A stretch of DNA of 64,000 bases from Sphyrna mokarran (GCA_024679065.1 JAGIQG010000008.1:98456001-98520000), one strand, 5' to 3'; shown: positions 1 to 13,632, numbered from the stretch's first letter. Numbers and translations: made by a program. The notes: generated by a model from the letters alone, not told the origin.

Positions 1-111
1 GAGTTCTAACCCTATTTTATGGAATAAAAATGGAAAATGTTGTAAACACTCAGCAGGTTTGGCAGCATCTATGGAGGGAGTACAGAGTTTCTGTGACCTT
101 TCATCAGAATT

Positions 112-262
112 GATGAATGGTAGCCATATTGCCAAAGATCTGTATGGTGAACAGGTCAGTGAGTCTTGACCTGCTGGACATCCAAACCTCAGCTACACGG
201 ACACCTACAGGAGAGGTATGAAGATGGCAGATATCGACAATCACAACTAGCAGACATCCATT
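112..262 (+). mobile_element. RTE-like non-LTR retrotransposon 3' fragment
   Basis: Decayed translation resembling KDL.YGE...G.P.L.Y.DT..R.MK, typical of RTE ORF C-termini. Confidence 0.5.
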
Positions 263-730
263 GACAGCTGGGACCTACCATCAATAACCTGGGGTTAACA
301 ACTCAATGTAAAATGATCAAATAATCAGATAATGCCAGACTATGAGGGGCAGAGGGATCAAATGAGGCAGTCCTGAAATTACAGAATGAGTTGCATAAAA
401 TAGATAAAATGAGCAGAACAGCAGGTGGTGAAATTTAACACACAGAAAGTTAAACGCTACACATGGGATGAACAAAAACAAGACCGAATCATTCTTGCTC
501 TGTGAATGGAGCTGGAAATGCCCTTCCAGTCACAGTAAACCAATACTAAGCAGAGCAGTAATTCAGCAGGATACTGAACTACAACCCAAATGGACTAATG
601 AGACTGTACGTATCAGATCACAGCTGAAGCACTGGATCAATGTCTGGCCATCATGAAATAAAGGAGATATTCCACTGCTGCTGACCATACAGAAAGAAGC
701 CAGGAGAAGTCTGATCTATTGAAGAAAACT

Positions 731-890
731 GTAAGTAGTTTCATAGCACCAGATTAAAGTCCAACAGGTTTGTGCTTCATCAGGGGCAATGTCCTGAAAA
801 TTCATACTACCAAATAAACCTGTTGGTTTTAACCTGGTATTGTGAGATTACTTACTGTGCATACCCTAGTCCGATGTTGACAACTCCACA
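731..890. mobile_element. Palindromic Penelope-like (PLE) mini-element
   Basis: Inverted arms ~731-771 and ~817-855 plus tail ending ctccaca; flanked by ttgaagaaaactg / ttgaggaaaaactg (probable TSD); same family as 8843, 10618, 26290 and 55831. Confidence 0.65.
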
Positions 891-1215
891 TTGAGGAAAA
901 ACTGGAGAGACTTGGGCTATAGTGATTGGAAAGAGAAGGGGAGCAGATCAGGGAGACACTTTAAAGGGATATATAATTGTTAAAAGTGTAGAAAAAATTG
1001 ATTTTCAATGTTAGATCAAAATTAAGAGACAAAACACATGGATATAACAAAAACAGAAAATGTTGGAAGAACTCAGGAAGTTTGGCAGCTTTTGTGGGGA
1101 CAGAAACAGAGTTATCGTTTCAACCCTGTACGATCTTCAAAACTGCTTTTATTTTATGTAGGCACATAGTTTCTTTAATGTTACAAAAATGTCCCTAGGC
1201 ACTTCACAGGACTTG

Positions 1216-1487
1216 TTTATTTATTAATCACAAGTAAGGCTTACATTAACACTGCAATGAAGTTACTGTGAAATTCCCCTTGTCGCCATGCTCCGGCATC
1301 TGTTTGGGTTAATGCACCTAATGAGCACATCTTTCAGACTGTGGGAGGTAACCAGAGCATCCAGAGGAAACACACACAGACACAGGGAAATCACGCAAAC
1401 TCCACACAGTCACCTAAGCTGGGAATTGAACCTGGGTCCCTGGCACTATGAGATACAATGCTAACCATTGTGTCACCGTGCCGCCCC
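1216..1487 (-). mobile_element. tRNA-derived SINE
   Basis: Minus-strand head gggcggcacggtgacacaatggttagc with B box ggttcaattcc; shares its 3' tail with other copies in the window. Confidence 0.8.
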
Positions 1488-1938
1488 AAGAATTGACTCA
1501 AGTTACACAGATAGTAGAACGAAATACTATGGATTCTGAAAGCATTAAATCAAAAACAGAAAATTCCATAAATACTCAGATTAGACGGCATCTAGTAGAG
1601 AGGGAAATAGAGTTAATAATTCAGGACAATCTCCTTCAATCAGAATTTATGCTGTCCGGTCTGCTGGGTATTTCCAACATTTTCTGTTATGAAAGGCATT
1701 AGGTCAGGTAACCAGAAACTTGGTCAAAGTTTGAGACATGACTAGAGGAAATGGAGGTAGATTAATTAGATTTTAAAATAGAATAGGGCACTTTGAAAAC
1801 GATAGCAGGAAATCCTTCTTTGTATAAAGAGCAATCACCAGTCTGGATAGTGGAGGTAAAACCCTGGGATTATTTAAGAAGCAATTCAAATGCCAAGACG
1901 TGTGGGGCAAAGGGGGCAAAGTGCTGAACACTGTGATA

Positions 1939-2640
1939 TCATCAGCAAACATCCTCTCTCCTGACCTTATGATGGAGGGAAGGTAACTGATGAAGCAGCT
2001 GAAGGCGACTGAATCTAGAACACTACCCGGAGTAATTTCTGCAGCGATATCCTGGGAGTGAGCTAACTGGTTTCCAACAAGCAGAAATATTTTCCTTTGT
2101 ACTCAGTACGACTCCAACTAGTGATGCCACCCCCCCCCCCCCCCCCCGCACTCCTGATTCCTATGGACTTCACTTCTGCTACAGGTCCTTGATGCCACAC
2201 TTGATCAAATACTGCTTTCATTTTAAGTGTACTCACTCTCACCTCACAGCCTACTACTTTTGTCCAAATTTGGATAAGGTTGTAATGAGGTCAGGAGCTG
2301 ATGGCGCTGACAGAACTCTGCGCATCACTGAGCAAGTTATTGTAATTGTGTTTCATAGCATTGACAACACAACTTTCCCTCTATTTGACGATAGCAATTT
2401 TTCATGTTGCCAAGGTGATGCAAGTATTACAGCTGTACTGGAATAGCTTGGTTAGGGTCACAGCTAGTTCTGGAACATAAGTCTTCAACATTGCAGCCAG
2501 AACATTGTTAGTGCCCATAGCCTTTGTTGCATCCAGTACCCTCAGCTGTTCTTGATGTCACGTGGAGTGAATGGAGTAAGCTGAAGACTGGCACCTGTGA
2601 CACTGGGGACCTCAGGAGGAGACTGAGGTGGATCATCCGG
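1939..2640 (-). mobile_element. Old LINE RT fragment (CR1/L2-clade)
   Basis: Minus strand reads MFADD at ~1940-1954; similar to 50745-51440. Confidence 0.55.
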
Positions 2641-3402
2641 TTGGTTGAAGGTTACATATGCTTCAGCCTTGTCTTTTATATTGATGAGCTGAACTCCCAG
2701 CTCAAGGAAGAAGCAACTTGAAAGTTTACAGCATTGACGAAAGCCATTCTGCCTACCTTACCCTTGCTGGTTCTTTGAGAGTTATCAAATGAATTATAAT
2801 TCTTTGCTCTTGCACCACAGTCATGCAATAACTTCCCCTTCAAGGTATTTATGCAATTCTCTTTTAGGAAAAGCAATCAACAATAAGTTCTGATTTTCCC
2901 AAGACCCCATTCCTCATTCTTGTGCCATTTGCTTAAATCTATGCACAGTGCAGCAGAGAAGTGACAGACTGCAACTGAAGGATTTTCATGTTAATCTACA
3001 ATTACAGACTGCCAAAACTGCAGGCAGCTTCAAAGAGGTAACGATACTGAACACTAACATTTCAGTGTCCCTCAAAACCTGTGGCAGTATTTCTGAATGG
3101 AATACAAAATCATGCTGGCAAACTCATGCCAAAGAGAAATTTGTGAAACTGGGAGAAAGACATTTACCTAACTTCATAATGCTTCACTGGTGAAGAACAC
3201 ACCTCACAGTAAACACTGCAATCCTTCTCAATATTGCATGTCACGTTACCAAGGTAGTATTAATATGAAATCCTCTAACATTTCATTAAATTTTGGCCTT
3301 CAGTGCAATCTGCCTAAAGGGAGGCAGTCTGCAATTTATCTGTGTAACCAGCATTCAAAGGGTACAATACGAGGGTAAAATATAAGTAGTAATTATACTC
3401 AC

Positions 3403-6400
3403 TTGTAGACCTCCCAGAAGAAGTCTCATCCTTCTCTTCTGTCTCCAGGTTCCAAGTTACTCTCTTGACAAGGGGTTTGGTTTTCACCACAGTGTTTTGT
3501 ACAGCTGTTTCAGTTTCAGTCTTGACTTTCACAGGCTCTGTTGATTCCAGGAGAGGAATTTCCTCATTCTCCTTGCTGCTCTCTGTTTTCATTGATTCTA
3601 GCTTACTCTCCGACAAGTCATTTCCAATCACAACACTCTGTGTTTCTTCTTCCTTATTTACATTGTTTGAACCAAGGTCAGCTGACACAGTCTCCTGGTT
3701 TAGCTCATCCTTCTGAGAACATGTACTTACTGCAGAGCTCTCTGGGTGTTCATTCTTAGGTAAATTCACTGTCTCATCAGCCGGAGTATTGGAGTTTTGC
3801 TGTTCCTCAACCATACTCGCGTTCACAGATTCTTCTTGACCTTCTACGGGTGCTATTGAATCAGCGGTGGTGGAATTTTCAGTTATAGGCAAGTGTGTGT
3901 CAGATTTCACGGGCGAATGTTCGTGAATGAGTTCAGCTTCAGGTCTCAAATCTGTTTCTTCATTTACTGATAAAAGGGGGATCTCCTCCTGTTTGCCAAG
4001 GCATATTAGAGGAATAGAAACCTCATTTGAAACAGCAGGCTCTTGGTAACAAGGACTTTTAATACGGAGACACTCAGACACAACAGTGGGACTTTGTGTT
4101 ACTATTTCAGCCTGGCTCGTGCTGGAGCCATTACTTTCCCAGATGTGGTCAACTTCAACTTTAACAAAATTTTCTACTACGTTCACACTTTTGTAGTTGG
4201 AGTCCTTCCTTAGCTCAAGAAGTTCTTTCTGGTTTGTTTCTTCCTGTATTTCGCCCATGTATGGCACTGATTCCTCTTTAATGGATTCTGAACAGGATAG
4301 GCTCTGAATAACTGGTATAAAGTTACTTTCCTGCAAACTTTGAGCATCACAAGAAATAAGAGGTTTCTTTACTGAGACTTCCCTCTCCGAAAGCTCGTAA
4401 TCTTTGTAAGTTGAAGCCTTCTTTTGCTCTTGTTCCTTCTCGTCAAATTTCACTTTCTCTTGAATAAAAGTTTGCTTCTTCCCTACTTCTGGAAATTGCC
4501 ATTTTGATTGTGGACACCTATCTCTCGATCTTGATCTACTATGGTCTTTAGATCTTGAACGGGTTCTTGAGCGAGTTCTGGGTTTTCGCCTGTCTCTAGA
4601 TCTAGAACGAGACCTGGATCTTCTTTTTTCCCTAGACCTAGTTGATTTTCTCTTTTCTCTGGAACTTGACCTCGTTCGTGATCTTCTCTTGTCCCGAGAG
4701 CTAGATCTAGACCATGATCTCCTTTCTCTAGAACTAGATCTGGACCAGGATCTCATCTTTTCCCTAGATCGAGGCCATACTTTTTTCTTATCTCTGGATC
4801 TGGACCATGATCTCGAGCGCCTTCTCTCCCTGGACCAGGAGGTTGATCTTCTGCTCCGTCTTTCATAATGTTCCCGGCTTGGCTCCCGTCGGTACTGTTT
4901 CCTTTTTCCTTTTTCACTGCTGCTCCAAGAGTGTCTGGAGGAGCCTTTGTGGTCCCTCGATCCTGAAATCTTCCTTCTTCTTTTGTGACTGCCTGTAGAC
5001 GTGCCAGAAGAAGAACTGCCTGACCTCTTTTCTCGAGACCTTGATCTGGAACGTCGTCTTCTCTTTTCCTTACTCCTTTCCGGTTTAGATTTTCGCCTTT
5101 TAAACTTCTCAGAGCTGCTGGAGCGAGACCTTGACCTAGATTTTGATCTCCGTCGTTCTCTCGAGTGGGACCTCAACTTCTTTCGTTCCTTTGACCGCGA
5201 CCTTGATCTGTAACCTTTGTGCTCTTCAGATACTGAACTCTTGCATTTATGGTGGCTGTGGGAACTTGATCTCGATCGCGACCGTGAGCGAACCTTTGAT
5301 TTGGTGTGGAGTTCTTTATTCACTATTTTCCTTAGTTCATTTTCTGATGAAGTATCTGCATCAGTTCTCACGCAACTGACAGTTCGCAAGGTACCCTCAT
5401 CAGAGTATACACAAGAAATAATGACATCATTTTCTGTATTTATCGTCCGCCGTTCAGGTTTGGGTTTGTCTTCAGCCACTGTTGTAAAGCTACAATATGC
5501 TTGGTTTATGCGTGTTTTGTCCCACTTCTTCACATCTGATTCTATATCTAATTGCATATCCTCATCTTTGATATTAGCCTGAGATTCACTAATAGTCTCT
5601 GCCTCGGGGAACAAAGAATTACAACCATCAGGCCTGTGAGTTGATTTTTCTGTTGTCAGAACTTCAGCTTTGATTTTACAAGGCTCTGTTTGCTGTGTGC
5701 AAGACAGCTGTGAAGTATCAGTATTAAAGTAATGATTTAAAGTATTAGTTGTGTGTTCGTCATCTTCAGAGATGTCATTACCAGGACTGGGCACTGGGGA
5801 CTCACCCTCAGATTGCAACTTATTCCTATCAGGAGTGGAATTAGTTGATGATGGGTCAGAGCCAGTAGGTTCGAAAGGATCATATATCTCGTCTACTTCT
5901 TTCTTTATAGTGAATTTCAATTGTAATGCATTCTTGTCTTTTTTGTTACAATGCTGAACTTCGTCATCTGTGGGTTCAAAAGGGTCATAGGCATCCAACC
6001 TGGGTAACCTTGTCAAATGTCCATCGTTACTTGTCATCTTTGTACCACTCTGTCCAGATGTGCTGGATACTACGTCTTGAGCTTGGAGTTTTTCTTGGAA
6101 AGTACTGGAACTGCCAGCCGAACCTGTGGTGGTAGAAGATTGATGCCTCTGCTGGACAGGTCTCTCACTATTCATCTCACTATTTCCCAATTCCACAGGT
6201 TTTGTGGACTGGTTATTCTGTTCATTGCCTGCAAACCTGTTTATACAGGCTCGAGATAGTCCATTATTTTGCTTGTTACCAGTTTGCAACCCTAAACTAC
6301 TAGTTTGGTTCTTGATCTTTGGTATCCTGGGGAATTCTGATATATCAAGTCTCCTTACAGGTGACTTGGGTGGAACTCTGTTCAGTGTGCCCATATTGCT

Positions 6401-6813
6401 TTTGAAATGCAAATTGGAGGCACTATTTAACCATTTGAAAGGTGTAAACCCACTGGTGCTCTTCTGGTTGTCCCCAGCACTTTTATTAAATGTTCCTGTC
6501 CTTTGTGTATTAAGCAAGGAAACAGATTCGCCTGTCCTGGGGCCAACTGATATTTCAGGCATTGGAGTAAATGTTCCCGAGAAGGCAGGTTTCAGATTGC
6601 TGGAAGCTGTTTGTTGCCTTGGCATAGGTGTTAAACCAGATGTAGATGGTAATGTACCCAAGAATTGCTTTGCAGTGGTAGCAAGACCAGCAGTGTCCTG
6701 ATCCTCTTTCAAGGTGCTTACAGAGTTCCCTGAGATGCAAGCACTTGTGGATAAACTTCTACCAGAAGTTTCCCCAGTTCTACTGCTACTTGATGTTGAC
6801 TGTGCAGGTTGTC
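3403..6813 (-). CDS. PHRF1: PHRF1 large exon (3411 bp): RS-rich domain, two YDPFEPT motifs, KRVTW motif
   Basis: Core of ORF 3314..6889; acceptor tttttgctattgcatcag, donor A|gtgagt, phase 1-1; long RS dipeptide region at about 4520-5300. The gene continues left of the window. Confidence 0.95.
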
Positions 6814-6869
6814 CTGATGCAATAGCAAAAAGAAATTGTAAAATTAATACATTACACAACACATGCATA

Positions 6870-7360
6870 TGAATTGCCATTTTGGGCACTTTTTAGGAAG
6901 AATATCAAGTCCTTGGAGGGGGTTTACTAGAATGATAAAGAGAGAAATTGGAAAAGCTGGGCTGATTCTCTTTAGAGTTGAATGGTTATTGGGAGATTCA
7001 ATAGATGTGTTCAAGATAATGAGGGTAGATAAATGAAGGATGTTACCTTTCGGTGGTTGTGGGTGGTGACGTAGTTAGAACCAATGGAGACAATCTCAAA
7101 ATAAGCATCAGATCATTTCGGACTGAGATGAGGAGAAATTTTTCACTCAGAGGGTGGTGAAACTTTGGAATTCTCAGAGGGCTATGGAAACTCAATTGTG
7201 GAGCATGTTCACAGTTAGGAGTGATAGATTTCTACATATTTAAGAACATCCAGGAATACAGGAGTAGCACAGCAAAGTAGTGTTGAAGGAGAAGATCAGC
7301 CATGATTTCATTGAATAGTGGAGCAGACTTGAATTGTTGAATGACCTTTTCATGTTCCTT
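6870..7360 (+). mobile_element. Decayed CR1 LINE 3' fragment
   Basis: Contains gagatgaggagaaatttttcactcagagggtggtga, shared with the CR1 3' ends at ~20160 and ~42560. Confidence 0.65.
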
Positions 7361-7521
7361 GCGCTCATGTTCTTAAATTGGGAAGTTTATGTAGATCATC
7401 TCAGTGAGGCAATGGAAGCAATAAACCAGATAGGAAGATCATAAAAAATAAACTGATCAGCACTATTTTACGACAAACAGGAATTAGCTTAAGATAAACG
7501 AATTGATATTTCAGAGAATAC

Positions 7522-7679
7522 CTCGATCTTTAGGCTTTAGACTTCCATCTCTATTGATCACAACATTGGAACTGTCCATCAGCAAGACATCCTGCCCTGC
7601 TAGGATACTTCCCAGTACATCTGGTACAGACGTGGCTTCTGGTTCTGCCTCCTGGGCAACAACTGGAAGTCTTCCATTC
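7522..7679 (-). CDS. PHRF1: PHRF1 exon
   Basis: NGRLPVVAQE...VPDVLGSILAGQDVLLMDSSNVVINRDGSLKPKDR; acceptor ttattacag, donor G|gtattc, phase 2-1. Confidence 0.92.
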
Positions 7680-8842
7680 CTGTAATAACGATAAGATTTA
7701 ATCACTGTACAGACAAAATACTAAGTCATGTCTGACTGTTTTACTGCAAGACTGATAGCAGAAAGTTGAGATTGTTCCAATGAGAGCTTTCAACTTATTA
7801 GGAGATATGCGGCAACGACATCTTTTAGAAAAACACAGAACTGCAAAGTCACTGACCACCTACACAGATAGCCAAGTGTGCAATAACGCTAACAGGAGCT
7901 TTCTCTTTCAATTATTTTGAATGTACACAATCTGCCAATGGGCCCCCAAGTTCTTGGCTTGAACACGAAAATTAAGGCTGGATCCATTTGGTCCTAAAAC
8001 TCAACAGTTCAAGTTCAATAACTACGATATGATCCAACATGGTACACCATAAACCCGAGTGGTCACCACAGATTGAGATCAAACAACTCCAATGAGAACT
8101 ATGAAAGGTTCTGGTACAGCAAATCAGAATGAAGTAAAAACAAAACACCGCAGATGCTGGAAATCTGATATAAAAACAAAACGCATTGGGAAAACACAGT
8201 AGGCCTCGCAGTATCTGTGGAGAAAGAAAAACAGTGTTAACATTTTGAGTTGAATATGATGTTCCAGAAATATTTGACTCAAAATGTGAATTGTTTCTCT
8301 CTTCATAGATGTTGGGAGATTTGTAGAGTAAATCAGGAGCCTGTTTCTACTGACTGGAGTGTTGGTAATCAGAAGGCACAGATAGAACAAAGAAAATTAC
8401 AGCACAGGAACAAGCCCTCTAAACCTGTACCAACCATGTTGGCTGACTTAACTAAAATCCCCTAACCCTTCCAGGGATGTATCCCTCTGTTCCCAATCTA
8501 CAATAATTGGCAAAAAATTGTAAGGAATTAAGAAAAAAAATCATACTACAAGTTATAATCCAAAATGAGCTTTCTGAAAAGGATGGTGGAAGCAAATCAA
8601 TAATAGTTTTTGTTGCAAATATCTGGTCCATAATTCATGTGTTTTGGCATATAATCTTTAGTTTCAGTAATATATTCTTTAGTTTGGAGGTCATAAAGTA
8701 TTAAAATGATTGGAATAGCCTGGTTAAGAAAGTGGTAAACAATCCTAACAAAGAAAAATCAAGTCGTCCAGGTTTATCTTACAAGATCAGAGTTGAAAGC
8801 TAGAATAGAAACTTAGTGACTGATTTCTGGATCTCTCGGTGG

Positions 8843-9066
8843 ACACAGTAAGATTCAGAACACCAGGTTAAAATCCAACAGGTTTATTTGATAATAAATG
8901 CCACAAGCTTTCGGAATGCTGTTCTTCTGTCAGGTGAGTGGAGAGAACTCTTTGGAGAGAGTACGGTGCTTACTATCAAATAAATCTGTTGGACTTTAAC
9001 CTGGTGTTGTGAGACTTCTTATTGTGTTTATCACAGTCCAGCGTTGGCATCTCCACATCATGACTA
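8843..9066. mobile_element. Palindromic PLE mini-element with decayed hammerhead core
   Basis: Inverted arms ~8843-8894 and ~8970-9027, tail ggcatctccacatcatg; minus strand cacctgacag...ccgaaagcttgtg; imperfect flanking repeat ctctcggtg / ctctcagtg. Confidence 0.7.
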
Positions 9067-10429
9067 CCTCTCAGTGAAGCCAGGGTATTTCCATAAAATA
9101 AGCAACTCTGCATCAATTCTGGGAAAGAGGGTGGTAAAGTAGCATTAGAGACAAAAATTATTCTTATGGATTGCAAACTCAAAGATTTATATTGAAGGTA
9201 AAGTAATTTGTGTTTGACCCATCCGAAGTATGTTATGTTGACATAGTGATAGAAATGTATTTTGTTTAAGTGTGTGTTTGCTAACACAAACGCGCAGCTC
9301 AACTGAGAACAGATAGAGGCAGATGAAATTTTGCTTTAGTGTCTGCTGCACCATTCCAGACTAAAAGAACTAATAGGAGATCATAGTCAGTTAGGTCTGC
9401 CCTTCAAACAGAGAAAATAGTAACTTCATAGTTCATTGTAAAAAACGTGGTTGGAGTTCTATCTCAGTTTCATGGAAGAAGAGCAGTTGGAAGATTTGCT
9501 CTAGTTTGTGGTTAGTGGAATAATCTACAATGATCCTTATAGAATTTTATTGCAGAAAGCAATTAGCAGGATTTGCTTGGAAAACTATGGGAAGGCAGTT
9601 AGATATCTGAAAGCAACCTGAACGAGAAGCTGAGATTCCCACAAGTCTAAAAATGTGATGGATTGTGTAACCAAAAAAAGCTAACGGAAGTGCCCCAATA
9701 GAATCTTACCTCAGAGGAGCTGGTGCACAGAGGGATACTAAGGTGCATTCCAGAAAGCTGTGGTATACCTTTTGTGTTTGTCCCTGAAAAAGCGAATGAA
9801 CCTTCAAGTTTTGCAAGATAGGTAAATTATTTGTGGGGAATGGGGGAGAAGTAAAGAGGAAAACTAAGTTTTAGTCTTGATAGGCTGTAGTGTTAAGTCA
9901 GTGGTGCTGCTTTGTCTACTTTCTTATATATAATAAAGTTTGTTTTTTGCCTAAAAACCTCAAAATCTTGTGGCAAAGCTCAGATTGGCGTCTGAGTTTC
10001 TTTTTTAAACATTAACGGTTTCCTACAAAATCATATCCATTCCAAAAAGTAATCTAAAAGGTACTTTGAAAGGAAGAAATTCAGAGAGCTGTGGGAAAAA
10101 ATCAGGAGTGGGACTAAATGGATTATTCTTTCAGACAGTGTAGGCAATTTCCTGTACTGAATCATTCTATGATATTAAAATTAGCATTTTTATGGTTAGC
10201 ATCCAATAAAACTTCACAAAGGGAACAGAGAGCAACATTCAACCTTGAACTTAAATATGTAGTTACAACATTGTTAAAGTATGATGTGGGATCGGAGAGG
10301 ACAGAGCAGCAAGTTGGTCAAGAATGAGCAGATATTGCCAGCAATACTGAATAAGTATTTCACTTCAGTTTATGCAAAAGAGAAGATATTGAGGAAAAAG
10401 AAATAAGAAGTCAAAAGTAAGATGGGAAA

Positions 10430-12705
10430 TATTGGTAGTAATGGGTTAAGTGTTAAGTACAATACCATTCTTTATTACAGAAACATGGCTTAAAGGGCAG
10501 GAATAGCAAATTAACATTCCTGACAGTGTTTTCAGATGGGACAGAGACAAGGATAAAAAAAAAAGTGTGGAAGTTGTAGGAGGGAAAACTGTTGCAATAT
10601 TGGTTAACTAAAGAATGAAAACAAAAGGAAATCCCACAATACCAGCTTAAAGTCCAAACAGATTTATTTGTAGCAAAAGCCGTAAGCTTTCAGAAAGCTT
10701 GTGGCTTTTGCTACAAGTAAACCTGTTTGGACTTTAAGCTGCTGTTGTGGGATTTCTTTCTGTTTTACCAAAGTCCAACGCCGGCATCTCCACAGCATAA
10801 ATAAAGAATGACAGCTGTGAAAAGGGATGATATACCAGAAGGAGCAATTCAGGGCTTATGTTTGAGGAAATGAAGCTGGATTGATGGAAGGGGTATCAGA
10901 AAAAGAGCATTTAAGTGACCGTGAGTCTAATTTTGAGTTGCAGTTGTCATGGGAAAGGATAAAGACAGATCAAGAGTTTGAAGTAAGAGAAAGGCTAATT
11001 TTATTTAGTTAAAAAGTAGACTGCAAAGGTAAATAAGTGTCAAAGGAGTGGGAAGTTTTCAAGAAAGAGATAAAAAGTGTTCAAAACAAAGGGTGGAACT
11101 CCTAAATCTAGATATCTCAAAAAGCATAGAGAAAGGAAGGACAAAAATCAGATACGTATATCAGATGCCAACAGATTAGTGCTACTGAAAACTTAGAGTA
11201 TAGAAGATAAGGGAGTGAAATTAAAAAGTAAATTAAGTAGTCAAAGGTGGGAGACGGAGCATGAAAAATTATTGGCAAGTAAAATCATGGAAATCCCAAA
11301 GATATTTTATAGATGCATAATGAGAAGGTAAACAGGAGTGGGGCCAAAACAATAACTTACGTATGGAGGTGAACTGTGTGAACATGGTTCTTAATGAGTC
11401 TGTTTTGGTAAAAGAGAGAGACAAAGCAGACACTGTACTTAAGGAGGAATGCAAAGTACTGAATGAAAACAACAGGGACAAAAAAGAAAAAATTAAGGTG
11501 GTGAGGAACCTTGAAAGTATATAAATCACTCAGTCCACATTAAGTGTATCAGAGACTGTAAAGGACGAAAATAGTTGTAATCCTCTCTGGCTAGAGCTAT
11601 GTTGCTGGAGAATGCTAACATTGTTTCAAAGCAGAGAAATTACAGATCAGCCAGCCTAACTTTAGTGATGGGCAAATTATTATAAAAAAAGTTCTGAGAG
11701 ATGGTATAAGTAATCATTTAGAGTGTCAAGGAAGGATTCATCAAGGACAGTCATCACAGCTTTGTAAAGGCAAGGTCATATCTGACTTAAGGTTTCCTTT
11801 TTTTGAGGAAGTAACTGGAAGATAAATGAAGGTAATGCATTTGATGTGGTCAAGGGAGGTATCAGCAAGACTTGACAAGGTCTAAAATGATATACTGGTC
11901 AGCAAATTAAAAGCTAATGGGATACAAGGGAAAGTGGAAAGTGGAAAGTTGGATCCAAAATTGGCTGACAGGAAGCAAAGAGTTATGGTTAATCGATGTT
12001 TTTAATGACTGGAAGGGAGGTTCCTGTGGGATTCCACAGGTTCTATGCTACATCCCTTAATGTTCATTGGATAGTGCATGTTTCAGACTTAAATATAAAA
12101 CGTTTGCAGATGATGAGTGTGTGGTCGATAGTGAGGAAGAAAGCTATAGGGGACAGGAAGACATTAATTAGCTGGTTAGGTGGACAGAAAACTGAGAAAT
12201 GGAATTCAATCCCCTGAAAGTATCAGGGCAGATGAATAAATTGGTAAGAAATAAGAGCAGAGACGTTACACTAGAACCATACATGATTAAGCTGCAGCTA
12301 GAATACTGTGTACAACTCTGACCATGGCATTACATGATGTATGGTGGCTACAGTGAAGAGATTTAAAATCTTGTTACCAAGGAGCGAAAATATAAACTAC
12401 GACTAAAGATTGAATACAGGAGATTAAGGTGTATTTAATTAAATTGTATAAATTGTGAAGTGCTATATACGATTGATTGGTAGAAGAACCAAAGGGGAAA
12501 TAAGGAGAAATACTTCCACCCAGAGGGCAGTGGAGTCTAGAATTCACTGTCTTAAAAGGTACAAGCAGAAATTTTCATCACATTTAAAAATAAAACATTT
12601 GGATATGCACTTGAGGAGCTCTGACTCACAACGGGATTTGATGGAATAGTTCTTTCTGAACAGGCACAAAGCTGATGGGCCCAGTGGCCCTTTTCTGTGC
12701 TGTAA
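10430..12705 (+). mobile_element. Old, heavily decayed CR1 LINE
   Basis: Remnants of RT motifs (F.KARSYLT at ~11760, FADD at ~12103) and a CR1-type 3' end (~12670-12705); interrupted by the PLE mini-element at 10618. Confidence 0.65.
10618..10800. mobile_element. Near-perfect palindromic PLE mini-element
   Basis: 74-bp arms 10618-10691 and 10693-10766 around a 1-nt centre (aagctttc-a-gaaagctt), then tail ...ccggcatctccaca; TSD taaagaatga at 10609-10618 and 10802-10811. Confidence 0.8.
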
Positions 12706-12984
12706 ATCTCTGTGCTACTTTGTAAAACTGTCCTCTTTAACTAACTTACAATCTGACAGGATAAATCCAAGGAACCAGAGACCTTAGTTTAAAAGCTAAT
12801 GGTCTGTTGAAGGTAGAGGTGAGCTGAATGACTGAAGAGTGGCTAACACAAGTAAAACAGCAAGACATGGTTAACCTGAGTAATAATAGATTAGTAAGCT
12901 TAACATCTAATCATGAAAAAAATTGGAATCATTAACAAAAAGATGAAACTGCTAAATAGCCAAACCAAAAATAAAATATTTCTG

Positions 12985-13440
12985 GAAAGAAACATGTTAC
13001 CAAAGTTTTTTTGTCTTGAACTCATCAGAATAAATGCAAGAATGTTATATTTCAAACTTATACTGTAAGAGAAAAAGAGTGCTGAATGGATTGTAATTCC
13101 TGAACAACCTGAGGTGTGCTAATATCTACACAACCAATTTAAGATTTTGAGATAACATGACTCATTTATGCTTGCTGGAAGCAACTTGCATTCATGTGCA
13201 AAGGAAAGGAAATATGTTCGAGATTTATGCCATCTTTGAATTACCCAAACGTTTGGAGAGCCTGTCATTCCATTGCTTTCTCCATGAAAGCGCCTTCAGC
13301 AATCAGTGTCCACCTGCCGATCAATCAATGTCCTTTTCTCTATTGATACAAATCATTGTGAACGTTTGAAATTTGGCACTCTTAGATTTGTCCTGATGAT
13401 TGAAAGACCTTTGGCAGTATTTTCTTTTTAGCAATATTCA
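12985..13440. mobile_element. Older palindromic element of a separate PLE-like family
   Basis: Imperfect inverted ends, each with a ctgatga...aagac hammerhead-like remnant (minus ~12995-13030, plus ~13390-13415). Confidence 0.45.
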
Positions 13441-13521
13441 GAAAGAAAATAATTAGAAATAGCAAACACCGATTTTGGAAAGAAAGATGGTACTTGACAA
13501 AACTCCAATGGCATTTCCTAC

Positions 13522-13632
13522 CTTGAGATTTTTACAGAGATGGGCCGAGCTACAGGCCGGTGAGACCGGAGGGCTGAGCGGGAAAGAATTCTTCTCTTGT
13601 TGCTGAGAGGGGACCTGGGACTTGAAGTTTCC
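13522..13632 (-). CDS. PHRF1: PHRF1 exon
   Basis: ETSSPRSPLSNKRRILSRSALRSHRPVARPISVKIS; acceptor cctttggacag, donor AG|gtagga, 111 bp, phase 2-2. Confidence 0.88.

Noticed and set aside
2129-2147. Poly-C run (also ~14053-14065), G-quadruplex potential on the transcript strand
   Set aside because: Simple homopolymers within or beside decayed repeats; length unreliable and no functional context.
3465-6701. Several plus-strand ORFs (e.g. DLDLERR repeats at 5001-5582)
   Set aside because: Antisense shadows of the RS-rich coding exon; no independent evidence.
6814-6889. Signal-peptide-like N-terminus of the 1191-aa ORF, suggesting a standalone secreted protein
   Set aside because: It is the translated polypyrimidine tract of the intron; the acceptor at 6814-6815 is in phase with the upstream exon.
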